Source: a virus. From it: a stretch of 64,000 nucleotides of DNA. The stretch spans positions 32,001-96,000 of IMG/VR virus record IMGVR_UViG_3300031800_000001; one strand, 5' to 3'. The notes below the pieces were generated by a model that saw nothing but the letters and a program-made list of their open reading frames with translations, made no database searches and was not told where the DNA came from. Shown here in pieces: positions 1 through 9,246 of this stretch. Each line of letters starts with the position of its first letter. Position 1 is the first letter of the stretch. The translations under genes and the position numbers were made by a program.

Positions 1-1
1 T

Positions 2-250
2 ATTCTTCAAGTTTGGCAAGATTTGAATCGTCTTGGAGCTTCCGGCTTGCACATAGAAGACGAAACTGTAAAAAATGTATTAGAACAAATTATTATATCA
101 GAATTCAAAGGGCTGCCCGAGGGGTACGAAATAGTGCAGAAGAAAATAACCCGAGAGCAGGCTAAAGCGATGGGAGTTGAGTTACCTGACTTTGACGCGA
201 ATATGGATATCAACGAGGTTGTGCGCGGTCAAAATTTGCTTTCTAGGTAA
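2..250 (+). CDS. hypothetical protein, 5'-truncated by the window edge
   Basis: Frame is open from base 2 to the TAA at 248-250. The ORF-track start at 23 is a TTG, probably internal. Confidence 0.55.
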   Translation: MLQVWQDLNRLGASGLHIEDETVKNVLEQIIISEFKGLPEGYEIVQKKITREQAKAMGVELPDFDANMDINEVVRGQNLLSR

Positions 251-263
251 ATTCTTTTATTTT

Positions 264-269
264 GTGTAA
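264..269 (+). promoter_or_regulatory. GTGTAA motif, putative phage late promoter element
   Basis: 11 nt upstream of the phoH ATG; the same hexamer recurs upstream of many genes in the window. Confidence 0.55.
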
Positions 270-280
270 TTACTAATAGA

Positions 281-1045
281 ATGCCTCGTAAAAAACCGAA
301 ACAAGTCGAGGGGGAACAAAAAGGTCAGCTAAACAACTCCATGAATGGAGGCCTCCCCGTAATTAGCAATCCATTAAAAACACAAATCAAGTTAAGACAG
401 TTTCCTTGGACAGATAAACAAAAGGAATTCTTTAAAGTCGCACTCAATCCATCTACTAGAATAGTATTTGTTGACGGTCCCGCGGGCACAAGTAAAACTT
501 TACTCGCAACTTACTGTGGTCTTCAGCTTCTAAATATGCATGCTGCTTCAGATATTTGCTATTTGAGGTCTGCTGTCGAATCTTCCGACTCTCATCTTGG
601 GTTTTTGCCCGGATCAGCGGATGATAAATTAAGATTTTATAATTTACCCTTTATTGATAAGCTAGACGAACTTCTAATAGGTACGAAAGTGACAAAGCTA
701 GAAGAAACTGGGCGGGTTTCTATGTTTCCTATTAATTTTGCTCGTGGACTACACTGGCCAGACAAGGTAATCATTATGGACGAGGCTCAAAACTCAACAG
801 AGCAAGAAATAGTGACGGTTTTAACAAGAATGGGCAAGAATTGCCGCTGCTTTGTGTTAGCCGACCCCATGCAAACAGATTTAAGGCGTTCCACCGGCGG
901 CTTTCAGAAGATGTTTAACATTTTTTCTGATGAAGCTAGTAAGGATATGGGTATACATACATTTGAATTTGACGAGGATGATATTATGAGATCAGAGTTA
1001 GTGAAATACGTAGTGAAGAAACTTAAAAGCGTAAACAAACAATAA
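281..1045 (+). CDS. phoH: PhoH family ATPase
   Basis: GPAGTSKT Walker A variant, RSAVES...LGFLPG, FARG, IIMDEAQN, LTRMG, D..QTDL and DIMRSELV are all PhoH family motifs. Confidence 0.92.
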   Translation: MPRKKPKQVEGEQKGQLNNSMNGGLPVISNPLKTQIKLRQFPWTDKQKEFFKVALNPSTRIVFVDGPAGTSKTLLATYCGLQLLNMHAASDICYLRSAVESSDSHLGFLPGSADDKLRFYNLPFIDKLDELLIGTKVTKLEETGRVSMFPINFARGLHWPDKVIIMDEAQNSTEQEIVTVLTRMGKNCRCFVLADPMQTDLRRSTGGFQKMFNIFSDEASKDMGIHTFEFDEDDIMRSELVKYVVKKLKSVNKQ

Positions 1046-1104
1046 ATTGGTTTTCTCAACTGAAAGTTGCTCAAGCGGCTTTCTGTAATTATGGAGGAAT
1101 AAAT

Positions 1105-1329
1105 ATGGTTAAAGTAGAATTTAGCTACGGTGACGGAACCAGTGAGGGTCTTATGATGACCGATCATGAAGCGAGTGTGGAACTTCAACATTTCTTGAAC
1201 AGATACCCCGACGCGGGGAAGAAGCAATGGATGGCCAAGATGAAAGGTAAGAACATACCCTGTCCTTGGCAAGATAATCACTATTACGGAATCAATGAAA
1301 AGCACCGGGTAGATAATGGACTAGCATAA
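1105..1329 (+). CDS. hypothetical protein
   Basis: GGAGG Shine-Dalgarno upstream, CTGTAA motif variant at 1083-1088, same strand as neighbours. Confidence 0.65.
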   Translation: MVKVEFSYGDGTSEGLMMTDHEASVELQHFLNRYPDAGKKQWMAKMKGKNIPCPWQDNHYYGINEKHRVDNGLA

Positions 1330-1530
1330 CGAAAGTTAACCTTCGTAAAGGTTGGTTACAGTAATCGTGATCCATTGTTTGTTAATCAATTCCTAACCGG
1401 ATAAGTTTTGGCGTTGATTTACTACAACCCTTCGTCATTTATTTACACTTGTTTAAAAACCAGCGGTTTCTATATTTTATAAATATTGTGGGGTTTTTTG
1501 GTCTAGGTAATTATTATAATTTGAATAGTT

Positions 1531-1902
1531 ATGAAGATTTATTGTACCAAATGCGGTAACGGGGCTGCGTACACCTCGGAGAAGCCCAACTTCTGCATGA
1601 AGTGTGGCACACCCTTCACGGGGTCTGTTGCGCAAGCATCGGAGGTTGATGATGCCGCAGAGGGCGATGAGCCCTCTGGAGAATCCATCCCTAAAATTAA
1701 TAAATTAGATTTTGAAATTATTAGTGAAGTGGTTTCACCGAAGGTCACCTTGGGCACAATCTTTCAAGATGCAGCACGACAAGATGCCCCGCCTCAAGCA
1801 GACGCAGATTATCAAGCACCCGGAATGAGCCCGGAAGAAGCCATGGAAGAGTTCAAGCGTGAAGCAGGCACGCTAAGACCAGACCGAAACAAGGATGGCT
1901 AA
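1531..1902 (+). CDS. zinc-ribbon domain protein
   Basis: N-terminal YCTKCG...NFCMKCGTPF (two CxxC) followed by an acidic region. Confidence 0.75.
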   Translation: MKIYCTKCGNGAAYTSEKPNFCMKCGTPFTGSVAQASEVDDAAEGDEPSGESIPKINKLDFEIISEVVSPKVTLGTIFQDAARQDAPPQADADYQAPGMSPEEAMEEFKREAGTLRPDRNKDG

Positions 1903-2596
1903 TTCGAAGAACAAGGAAGCGAAGCGTCCTCGCTATGAGGATGTAATCTCAGAAATCAACACCGAAATCCAAAAAAGGAAGGGTAAGTGGAATCTTACCA
2001 TTCTATCTTGGATGGATTTTGATGATGTTTCTCAAATTATAAGAATCCATATATACAAAAAATGGCACCTATACGATCCGACAAAACCCCTTGGCCCTTG
2101 GTTAAATAGAATAATCTCCAACCAAATAAAAAACCTAATAAGAAACAATTATGGAAATTTCTCCAGACCATGTTTAAAGTGTGCTGCCGCCGAGGGGGAG
2201 GACCTATGTACCATATACCAAAGACAATGCAACGACTGCCCACTGTATGCCAACTGGGAAAAAAGTAAAAAAAGAGCACACGACACAAAATTACCAGTAT
2301 CGTTAGAAAATCACTCTCAAGAAGTATTCAGTATGTCTTCTGACTATGTAGATGTCGAAAGGTCGGCGGTAAAATTGCATAAGAAAATGAAAAAAGTACT
2401 AAAGCCATCCGAGTGGGCTGTCTATGAAAAATTATATATAAAAAATATGGACGAAGAAAAAGTCGCTAAGATTATGGGGTATAAAACGTCTGAGAAAAAT
2501 AGATCACCCGGATACAAGCAACTCAAGAATATAAAGAAATCAATAATTAAAAAGGCAAAAGCACTAATATACGAAGGAGACGTGGATATACTATGA
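1895..2596 (+). CDS. phage ECF-like RNA polymerase sigma factor with Cys-rich insert
   Basis: Region-2-like DDVSQIIRIHIYKKWHLYDPTKPLGPWLNRIISNQIKNLIR and region-4 HTH-like LKPSEWAVYEKLYIKNMDEEKVAKIMG. Confidence 0.7.
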   Translation: MANSKNKEAKRPRYEDVISEINTEIQKRKGKWNLTILSWMDFDDVSQIIRIHIYKKWHLYDPTKPLGPWLNRIISNQIKNLIRNNYGNFSRPCLKCAAAEGEDLCTIYQRQCNDCPLYANWEKSKKRAHDTKLPVSLENHSQEVFSMSSDYVDVERSAVKLHKKMKKVLKPSEWAVYEKLYIKNMDEEKVAKIMGYKTSEKNRSPGYKQLKNIKKSIIKKAKALIYEGDVDIL

Positions 2597-3312
2597 GCTT
2601 CAGGACCACGGGAGATGAAAGGAGAAAAACCATGAGCAAGACGAAAGAAAACAGCACGCACCTCAAAACTAGGCTGCCCCACGAAGAAAAAGACTCTGAT
2701 GCTCTCAATATTATCCAAATAGGAACAAACGATGGGGATGATCCAGTTTTCACCTTCATAGAGCAAAACGCCTTAGAGATTAATTCATGCGTGCTCGTAG
2801 ACGCAAACCCGTGGGCGTTAGAGAAGGCGAAAGAAAAATACAAGAATTTTTCATTTTGTAATTTTAAATTCGCCGCAGTTATTCCAATAGAAATTGGCGG
2901 TAAACAGATCTCATTCCATGTCCCCAACGAGGACAGGGATTCTCCATTCTCGTCAATTGACCCAGACTTCACAGCAGCACACGCGCAGGTGGGGGAATTA
3001 TTTCAATATCAGGTGGATACAATTTCTTTAGAAAAATTAATGGGAGAAGTACCAGACATAACTCATTTAATCATAGATACGGAGGGGTATGATATGTTGA
3101 ACCTGTTTAGTATCGATTTATTGCGATATCCTTCTCTCAAGCAGGTTTGTTTTGAGCACCTTCATGCGGATGGAATGCTTACCCAAGGAAATAGATTAAG
3201 AAGCCTTATCGGTTATTTTAATAGCTGCGGGTACTATGTTCTCTATGACCACGGAAGCGACTGTAATTTAATCGCCGAGAAACAAGTCCCCACTGAGGAA
3301 TCTGATGAATAA
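2593..3312 (+). CDS. FkbM-family SAM-dependent methyltransferase
   Basis: IIQIGTNDG, LVDANP, LIIDTEGYD and VCFEH motifs. True start may be the second Met (2632). Confidence 0.8.
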   Translation: MSFRTTGDERRKTMSKTKENSTHLKTRLPHEEKDSDALNIIQIGTNDGDDPVFTFIEQNALEINSCVLVDANPWALEKAKEKYKNFSFCNFKFAAVIPIEIGGKQISFHVPNEDRDSPFSSIDPDFTAAHAQVGELFQYQVDTISLEKLMGEVPDITHLIIDTEGYDMLNLFSIDLLRYPSLKQVCFEHLHADGMLTQGNRLRSLIGYFNSCGYYVLYDHGSDCNLIAEKQVPTEESDE

Positions 3313-4393
3313 CGAAACTCAACTTAGCCCGAAGCAAGAGCAAGATATTCTGGACGCATGGAACAGCAGGCCGAATAATCCACCGTCACTAATGGAATTG
3401 ACTTCGATAGCGTTTCCAGACGTAAAAAATGCAGACGGTAGAAGTAAAGAGGGAAGGGGCGTAAAAGCCTTTCTAGCGAGCAGAGAACTAAAGGCAAGGG
3501 GGTCACACCAATATAAGGCGAAAGGGCTCCTAGAGCTAACTGAGGACCAAAAAGAATACCTTAAGAACAACGCCTCATTGCTTAAGCCCCTAGAACTCAC
3601 AAAGAATGTTTTTGATAATGACAATTTGACAACATTGAGTCAAGAGTTCAGAACCGTAACTGAATTTTTAAAGACTGCGGATGTAAAGGTTTATTCTGAG
3701 CCCGATAGGAATTTCTCCATAGAGCGGTATAGGCCCCCTAAAACTTTTTACGCAACACTGCTAGTAATAAACAGGTACATACATGTTAAAATAGACAAAG
3801 ACAAGGTTACCCATCAACAGTCAAAAGAAATAAACTCCCTTATTGGATATATGAATACATATAGATTTGGTCATCAAATCAACACGTATCAATCCGATCA
3901 AGACAGAGAATTATTCGAGAGCAGTTTCGTAAGGTATACTAATGATAAGGCGGACCTAACCCAAGAAGAGGTAGATCAATATATTGTTCTATGTACCGAG
4001 GTCGTGATATCATCCACCATCCAAGAAACTATTCAGATGCTTCAAATGCAAATCGACCAAGAAGTAACAAACAGTGGGAAAGTTCCCATGTCCTTAGTGG
4101 AGGCGAGCAATACGGCCCGCTCTGAGTACAACCAATGCGTCACGAGACAGCAAAAACTATTAAACGATTTAAAAGTCAAAAGAAGCGACAGACTAAGTAA
4201 GCTCGTCAAACAGAACGCCAGCATCTTAAATTTGGTACAAATGTGGAAAGAGGAAGAGAGCAGGGAAAAACTCATCCAGCTAGCGGAGAAAAGAAAAAAA
4301 ATCATAAAAAAAGAAATCAATAAGCTGACGACTATGGAAGAAGTCAAAGCTAGAATAATGGGAATTACGGAGGACGAGATACTCAATGGTTAA
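3305..4393 (+). CDS. hypothetical protein, helical/coiled-coil, possibly packaging-related
   Basis: 362-aa ORF overlapping both neighbours, two genes upstream of terL, C-terminal coiled coil. Confidence 0.6.
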   Translation: MNNETQLSPKQEQDILDAWNSRPNNPPSLMELTSIAFPDVKNADGRSKEGRGVKAFLASRELKARGSHQYKAKGLLELTEDQKEYLKNNASLLKPLELTKNVFDNDNLTTLSQEFRTVTEFLKTADVKVYSEPDRNFSIERYRPPKTFYATLLVINRYIHVKIDKDKVTHQQSKEINSLIGYMNTYRFGHQINTYQSDQDRELFESSFVRYTNDKADLTQEEVDQYIVLCTEVVISSTIQETIQMLQMQIDQEVTNSGKVPMSLVEASNTARSEYNQCVTRQQKLLNDLKVKRSDRLSKLVKQNASILNLVQMWKEEESREKLIQLAEKRKKIIKKEINKLTTMEEVKARIMGITEDEILNG

Positions 4394-5318
4394 CTGCAAG
4401 GTCTGCGAAAAAGAATTCGAAAACGACAGGCAATTACATGGGCACCTAAAGGCCCATGGATTGCGCATGGTAGAGTATTACCAGAAGCACTCCCCCCGCT
4501 ATGACAAACATGACGGTAAAATAATAAAATTCAAAAACAAAGAACAATACCTCACAACCGAATTCAATACTCGGACCAACCTTAGAATGTGGCTCAAGAG
4601 CATAAGTGAAAACGAAGCAAAAGAATATTGCAAAGACGTACTTATAAAAAGAAAAGAAAAACGAGACCTTATATATACCCCGTCTCAAGTAGAGCTTAGA
4701 ACCGTAATAAGCCCACCCATGCAGTACTATAATGAATTATTCGGGGATTACTATAGGCTGTGCTCTAGCCTAGGGTTCAAGAATAAGTATGGCCGCTTTA
4801 GCGACATAGTAAGTGGTTACGAGTACAATAAGCCAGAATATAAAATATTCGTAGATACCCGTGAACGTATACCACTTAAATTTGAAAGAGGCATTGAGGT
4901 GAGAAAATTGGATTTCGGAGACTATGCGTTCAGCAGCAAAACGGCGACATGCAATTGTTATATAGAAAGAAAAATGTTATCTGACTTTATAGGTACCATG
5001 AGCGGGGGATATGAGAGATTCATAAACGAAATAAAAAGAGCACAAGATGCAGATGCGTATCTTGTGGTTCTGGTGGAAGACAGCTTAACTCATGCTATGA
5101 GTTTTCCATACTTACCACATATATCAAAAAAAATAAAAGCAACCCCCGAGTTTATATTTCATAGAGTAAGGAGTATAATACAGAAATATCCGCATACCCA
5201 ATTTTTATTTGTAAATGGAAGGGCAGAGGCTTCTAGAGTTATAGAAAGAATTTTTACATGTGGATGTGTTTATAAGAAAGTTGATTTGCAATACGCTTAC
5301 GACCTAAAGAAACTATAA
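4386..5318 (+). CDS. C2H2 zinc finger + ERCC4/XPF-type nuclease
   Basis: CKVC...LHGHLKAH finger; IFVDTRE, LDFGDY, IERKMLSDF, RFINEIKR and LVVLVE match ERCC4 domain motifs. Confidence 0.8.
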   Translation: MVNCKVCEKEFENDRQLHGHLKAHGLRMVEYYQKHSPRYDKHDGKIIKFKNKEQYLTTEFNTRTNLRMWLKSISENEAKEYCKDVLIKRKEKRDLIYTPSQVELRTVISPPMQYYNELFGDYYRLCSSLGFKNKYGRFSDIVSGYEYNKPEYKIFVDTRERIPLKFERGIEVRKLDFGDYAFSSKTATCNCYIERKMLSDFIGTMSGGYERFINEIKRAQDADAYLVVLVEDSLTHAMSFPYLPHISKKIKATPEFIFHRVRSIIQKYPHTQFLFVNGRAEASRVIERIFTCGCVYKKVDLQYAYDLKKL

Positions 5319-7153
5319 TGTGGTACACGCCAGAAAAATATAATCAAGCACCGCTGAAGAACGTTAACGCCGAATTCCTTAAGCTAAAAGGTGGACTAGA
5401 CGACAGGGAAGCAAAAATTACCCTAGCTAAATTCCTGAGGAGTAACCTAGGCCTTACAACGGAACTTATTTCGGGTATAAAGCTAGCGCCCTATCAGGAG
5501 GTGACCTTAAAGGCTTTGATGAATAGGAACTTTTCTATGTGCGTATGGGGTCGCGGTTGTGGTAAGACTTTTATTGCGAGTGTATTTTGTTTCTTACAGT
5601 GCATCTTCGAACCAAGGACAAAAATTTTAATAGCTGGGCCGACCTTTAGAACCGCTAGGTTTATATTTAATAATCTGGAAAACATAGTAGAATCAGAAGG
5701 TGCCGAACTCCTAGCGCAAGCCTTTGGCGCGAAGATCAAAAGAAACGACCAGTATGAATGGAAGATAAACGAAGGGACTATAACGGCTATACCACTCAAC
5801 GGAGAAAAGATTCGTGGTTTCAGGGCAAACGTTCTTGTCCTTGATGAGTATATGCTTATTCCGGAAGATATCATAACTAATGTTCTCATGCCGTTCTTGG
5901 TCGCGCCACAAAATATAAAAGAGCGCTTGGAGATTAGAGAAATGGAAGATAATCTAATCAAGAAAGGAGTCATGAAGGAAGAGGACAGAATGGTTTTCGA
6001 AAATACGTCTAAAATGATTGCCCTTTCGTCAGCTAGCTATACATTTGAAAACCTATATAAAACATACAAAGAATGGATGGAGAAAATAACCACGGAGGAA
6101 AACGTTGGTGAGGCAAAATATTTTATTTCCCAAATGGGATACGAATCCCTCCCGAAAGAAATGATTGATCCAATCATTATCGAAGAAGCGCAGGGCGGCG
6201 GGCAAAGCCATGCCAGCTTCCAGCGGGAATATTGCGCTCAATTTACTGATGGTTCTGACTCTTATTATAGTGCAAAAAAAATGCATGAATGCACAATTCC
6301 AGATGGAGAGGAACCCACCACGCAACTATTTGGAACCAAGGGGTCAAAATATGTATTAGGCATCGACCCAAGTTTTAGTAATAGTCCATCGTCTGACTTT
6401 TTTGCAATGTCTGTGCTGGAACTAGACAGCAAAACCCAACAGGGGACACTGGTGCACAGTTATGCTGTGGCTGGTGGAAATCTGACAGACCATATAAAAT
6501 ACCTTCATTATATTTTAACTCATTTTGATATAGAGATGATTATTATTGATAATGCAGGAGCAGAATTTATAGATAGCGCTAATACATCCGCCATGTTTAA
6601 GGAAAGCAGAATTAAGGTAAATTTTTTCGAATTTAACAGCGCCAAAGACGGAGAAGACTACAGGAAAGAAACTATGAAAGCAAGTAGGTCGTACAATAAG
6701 ACCGCCAATTATATCTGTTTCAAACAGGTGTTTACTTCTGACTTTATAAGAAAAGCAAACGAACATCTTCAAACATGCATAGACCATAAGAAGGTGTGGT
6801 TTGCGTCAAAAGCAGCCGCGTGTGACTCAGCGTTCAATAGGAACACCTCTAAAGTACTCCCCTTGAAACATGTTAATGAAGTAAGCGCGTTAGAGTTTGT
6901 AGAAACCCAAGACGCTCTAGTATATCAAACAAAAAAGCAATGCGCCCTTGTAGAGGTAAAAAGCACCGCGAAGGGAACACAAACATTCGACTTGCCTCTT
7001 CACCTTAAGAAAAGCACATCCGCACACAAAGCTAGAAAAGATAATTATACTACTTTAATGCTTGGGTGTTGGGGTATTAAGTGCTATTATGATATACAAC
7101 ACGCTAGAAGAAGTGGGGTCGAGGATACCTTTACGCCATTCATGATAGAATAA
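5318..7153 (+). CDS. terL: terminase large subunit
   Basis: LAPYQ, GRGCGKT (Walker A), IRGFRANVLVLDEY (Walker B), LSSA coupling motif, FQREYCAQF, nuclease LGIDPS...D...KDNY. Confidence 0.92.
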   Translation: MWYTPEKYNQAPLKNVNAEFLKLKGGLDDREAKITLAKFLRSNLGLTTELISGIKLAPYQEVTLKALMNRNFSMCVWGRGCGKTFIASVFCFLQCIFEPRTKILIAGPTFRTARFIFNNLENIVESEGAELLAQAFGAKIKRNDQYEWKINEGTITAIPLNGEKIRGFRANVLVLDEYMLIPEDIITNVLMPFLVAPQNIKERLEIREMEDNLIKKGVMKEEDRMVFENTSKMIALSSASYTFENLYKTYKEWMEKITTEENVGEAKYFISQMGYESLPKEMIDPIIIEEAQGGGQSHASFQREYCAQFTDGSDSYYSAKKMHECTIPDGEEPTTQLFGTKGSKYVLGIDPSFSNSPSSDFFAMSVLELDSKTQQGTLVHSYAVAGGNLTDHIKYLHYILTHFDIEMIIIDNAGAEFIDSANTSAMFKESRIKVNFFEFNSAKDGEDYRKETMKASRSYNKTANYICFKQVFTSDFIRKANEHLQTCIDHKKVWFASKAAACDSAFNRNTSKVLPLKHVNEVSALEFVETQDALVYQTKKQCALVEVKSTAKGTQTFDLPLHLKKSTSAHKARKDNYTTLMLGCWGIKCYYDIQHARRSGVEDTFTPFMIE

Positions 7154-7176
7154 TCCAAAAAAAACCGAGAAAAACC

Positions 7177-7182
7177 GTGTAA
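7177..7182 (+). promoter_or_regulatory. GTGTAA motif upstream of portal
   Basis: 12 nt before ATG 7195. Confidence 0.55.
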
Positions 7183-7194
7183 ATTCTTTTTGAT

Positions 7195-9246
7195 ATGCCA
7201 AGACCAAAGAAAACTGTAGAAGTGCAACCATTAATGGCCGGAATGGAAGAGTCTCTGGCTTACGTAAACGCCGAGAAAAGAACCAGATCCCGTCGTAATA
7301 TTGCCGGGACCATAGAAAGGACCAACAGGTTCACCAACATAGAGAATGGGCTGGTTCCGTTCAATTATTCCAAGGGGACAGCAAAATACACCAATATGGA
7401 TGTGAGGGAGGCATGTGTCCTCTGTCAAAAAGCATACTGGAATTTTGCGGTGTTTCGCAATACCATCGACTTGATGACCGAATTCTCCATTGAGACTATC
7501 TATTTTACGGGAGGGTCAAAAAAGTCCAAACAATTCTTTGAAACGCTTTTGGAAAAGATTAATATATGGGCATTACAGGATAAATTTTTTAGAGAATATT
7601 TCAGATCTGGTAACGTATTTATACATAGGTTTGACGGGAAGATACCAATAAACGAAGTAAACAAGCTCACGAGAGTTTTCAAAACTAAAATCCTCTCAAG
7701 CAAAGCTCAAAATCTTATGTTACCAATAAGGTACGTCATACTTAATCCAGTAAGTATTGAATCAGGCGGAAACGTTTCATTCGTAAGGAATACTTATTAT
7801 AAGCTTCTTTCTGATTACGAAATAGAAAGATTAAGGTCGCCCAGATCAGAGGAAGATAAGGAACTTTACCAGTCGCTTCCACCAGACATAAAAAAACAAA
7901 TTGACAAACCCGGGAATCACGCAATAAGGCTCCCCTTGGACAAAGACAAAACTCTAGCTGTTTTTTATAAGAAACAAGATTATGAGCCCTTGGCGATCCC
8001 AATGGGTTGGCCTGTTCTCGAAGCAATAAACTGTAAAGCTGAAATGAGAAAAATGGACATGGCAATTACCAGAACCATGCAGCAAGCTATACTTTTAATT
8101 ACAATGGGGACTGAGCCAGACAAAGGCGGAGTTAACCAAAAAAATCTTGAGCGCATGCAGACCCTTTTTGTCAACGAGTCGATAGGAAGAGTTTTAGTTT
8201 CAGACTATACCACAAAAGCCGAATTTGTCATCCCGCAAATTGGCACTTTGCTTTCTCCGGAAAAATACGAAGTGGTCGAAAGAGATATAAATATCGGACT
8301 AAATAATATTTTAATAGGAGGAGAAAAGTATGCCAACCAGCAAACCAAGACAGAAGTTTTTATGGCGAGGCTAAAACAGGCTAGACAATCTTTCATGAAA
8401 GAGTTCTTGATGCCCGAAATTAAAAGAATATCAAGACTCATGGGCTTCAGAAAGTTTCCACAAGCTCATTTCGAAGATACGCCACTCAAACAGGATTACA
8501 ACATGCAAAGAATATACAGCAGACTAATTGAGCTTGGCGTGCTTACCCCAGAGGAGGGCATGTTGGCTATTTCGGATAATAGACTACCCGATCCCGATTC
8601 GTCTGTGGAGTCCCAAATGGAATACAAAAAACTCAGAGACAAGGGCTTATACGAGCCGTTGCTAGGAGGACCAGAAACTCAAAAAGAAATGGCAGACAAA
8701 ACCCAAAAGGGAGCGATGGAGCTTGCTGATAAAAACATTAAGTCTCAAGAGAAAATGGGTAAAGAGAAAGCGAAAGAGGCCGCGAAGGCCCCAAAACTTG
8801 TGGTGCCACCTCCCACTGGAGGAGGACCAGTGGGTAGACCTGCTGGGATTAGCACCCCGCAACCAAGTGATAGAAAACCCGGGAAAATTGGAGAGAAACA
8901 ATCAAAAGCACTCTTTAGTATAGACAAAATAAAAAACAACATGCTTCTCGCAAATAAGCTGGAAGAAAAAATAGAAACAGAACTGAAAAAGAAATTCAAG
9001 CTTGAGAAGTTGGATGACCTGCAAAAAGAAATAGTTGAAAACATAGCGCAGCTGGTGATTGCGAATGAAGATTCTAAGAATTGGAACAAGGTAACTTATA
9101 TAAGAAAATATATAAAAGACCCCAAGGACACGAATAAAGAAGCAGTAAGCGCTATTAACGAAATAGCATTCGAACATCAAGTTGACTCATATCTGGCAGG
9201 AATATTACATGCAAGCAGATCGGAAGTTGACCCATGCCAAGAGTAA
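7195..9246 (+). CDS. portal protein
   Basis: Immediately after terL; FRNTIDLMTEF, FFREYFRSGNVF and LIELGVLTPEE portal-like segments; Pro/Lys-rich C-terminal extension. Confidence 0.8.
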   Translation: MPRPKKTVEVQPLMAGMEESLAYVNAEKRTRSRRNIAGTIERTNRFTNIENGLVPFNYSKGTAKYTNMDVREACVLCQKAYWNFAVFRNTIDLMTEFSIETIYFTGGSKKSKQFFETLLEKINIWALQDKFFREYFRSGNVFIHRFDGKIPINEVNKLTRVFKTKILSSKAQNLMLPIRYVILNPVSIESGGNVSFVRNTYYKLLSDYEIERLRSPRSEEDKELYQSLPPDIKKQIDKPGNHAIRLPLDKDKTLAVFYKKQDYEPLAIPMGWPVLEAINCKAEMRKMDMAITRTMQQAILLITMGTEPDKGGVNQKNLERMQTLFVNESIGRVLVSDYTTKAEFVIPQIGTLLSPEKYEVVERDINIGLNNILIGGEKYANQQTKTEVFMARLKQARQSFMKEFLMPEIKRISRLMGFRKFPQAHFEDTPLKQDYNMQRIYSRLIELGVLTPEEGMLAISDNRLPDPDSSVESQMEYKKLRDKGLYEPLLGGPETQKEMADKTQKGAMELADKNIKSQEKMGKEKAKEAAKAPKLVVPPPTGGGPVGRPAGISTPQPSDRKPGKIGEKQSKALFSIDKIKNNMLLANKLEEKIETELKKKFKLEKLDDLQKEIVENIAQLVIANEDSKNWNKVTYIRKYIKDPKDTNKEAVSAINEIAFEHQVDSYLAGILHASRSEVDPCQE

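Noticed and set aside
5318-7153. Intein or intron in terminase
   Set aside because: Motif spacing and length are normal, with no intein splice motifs or ORF interruption.
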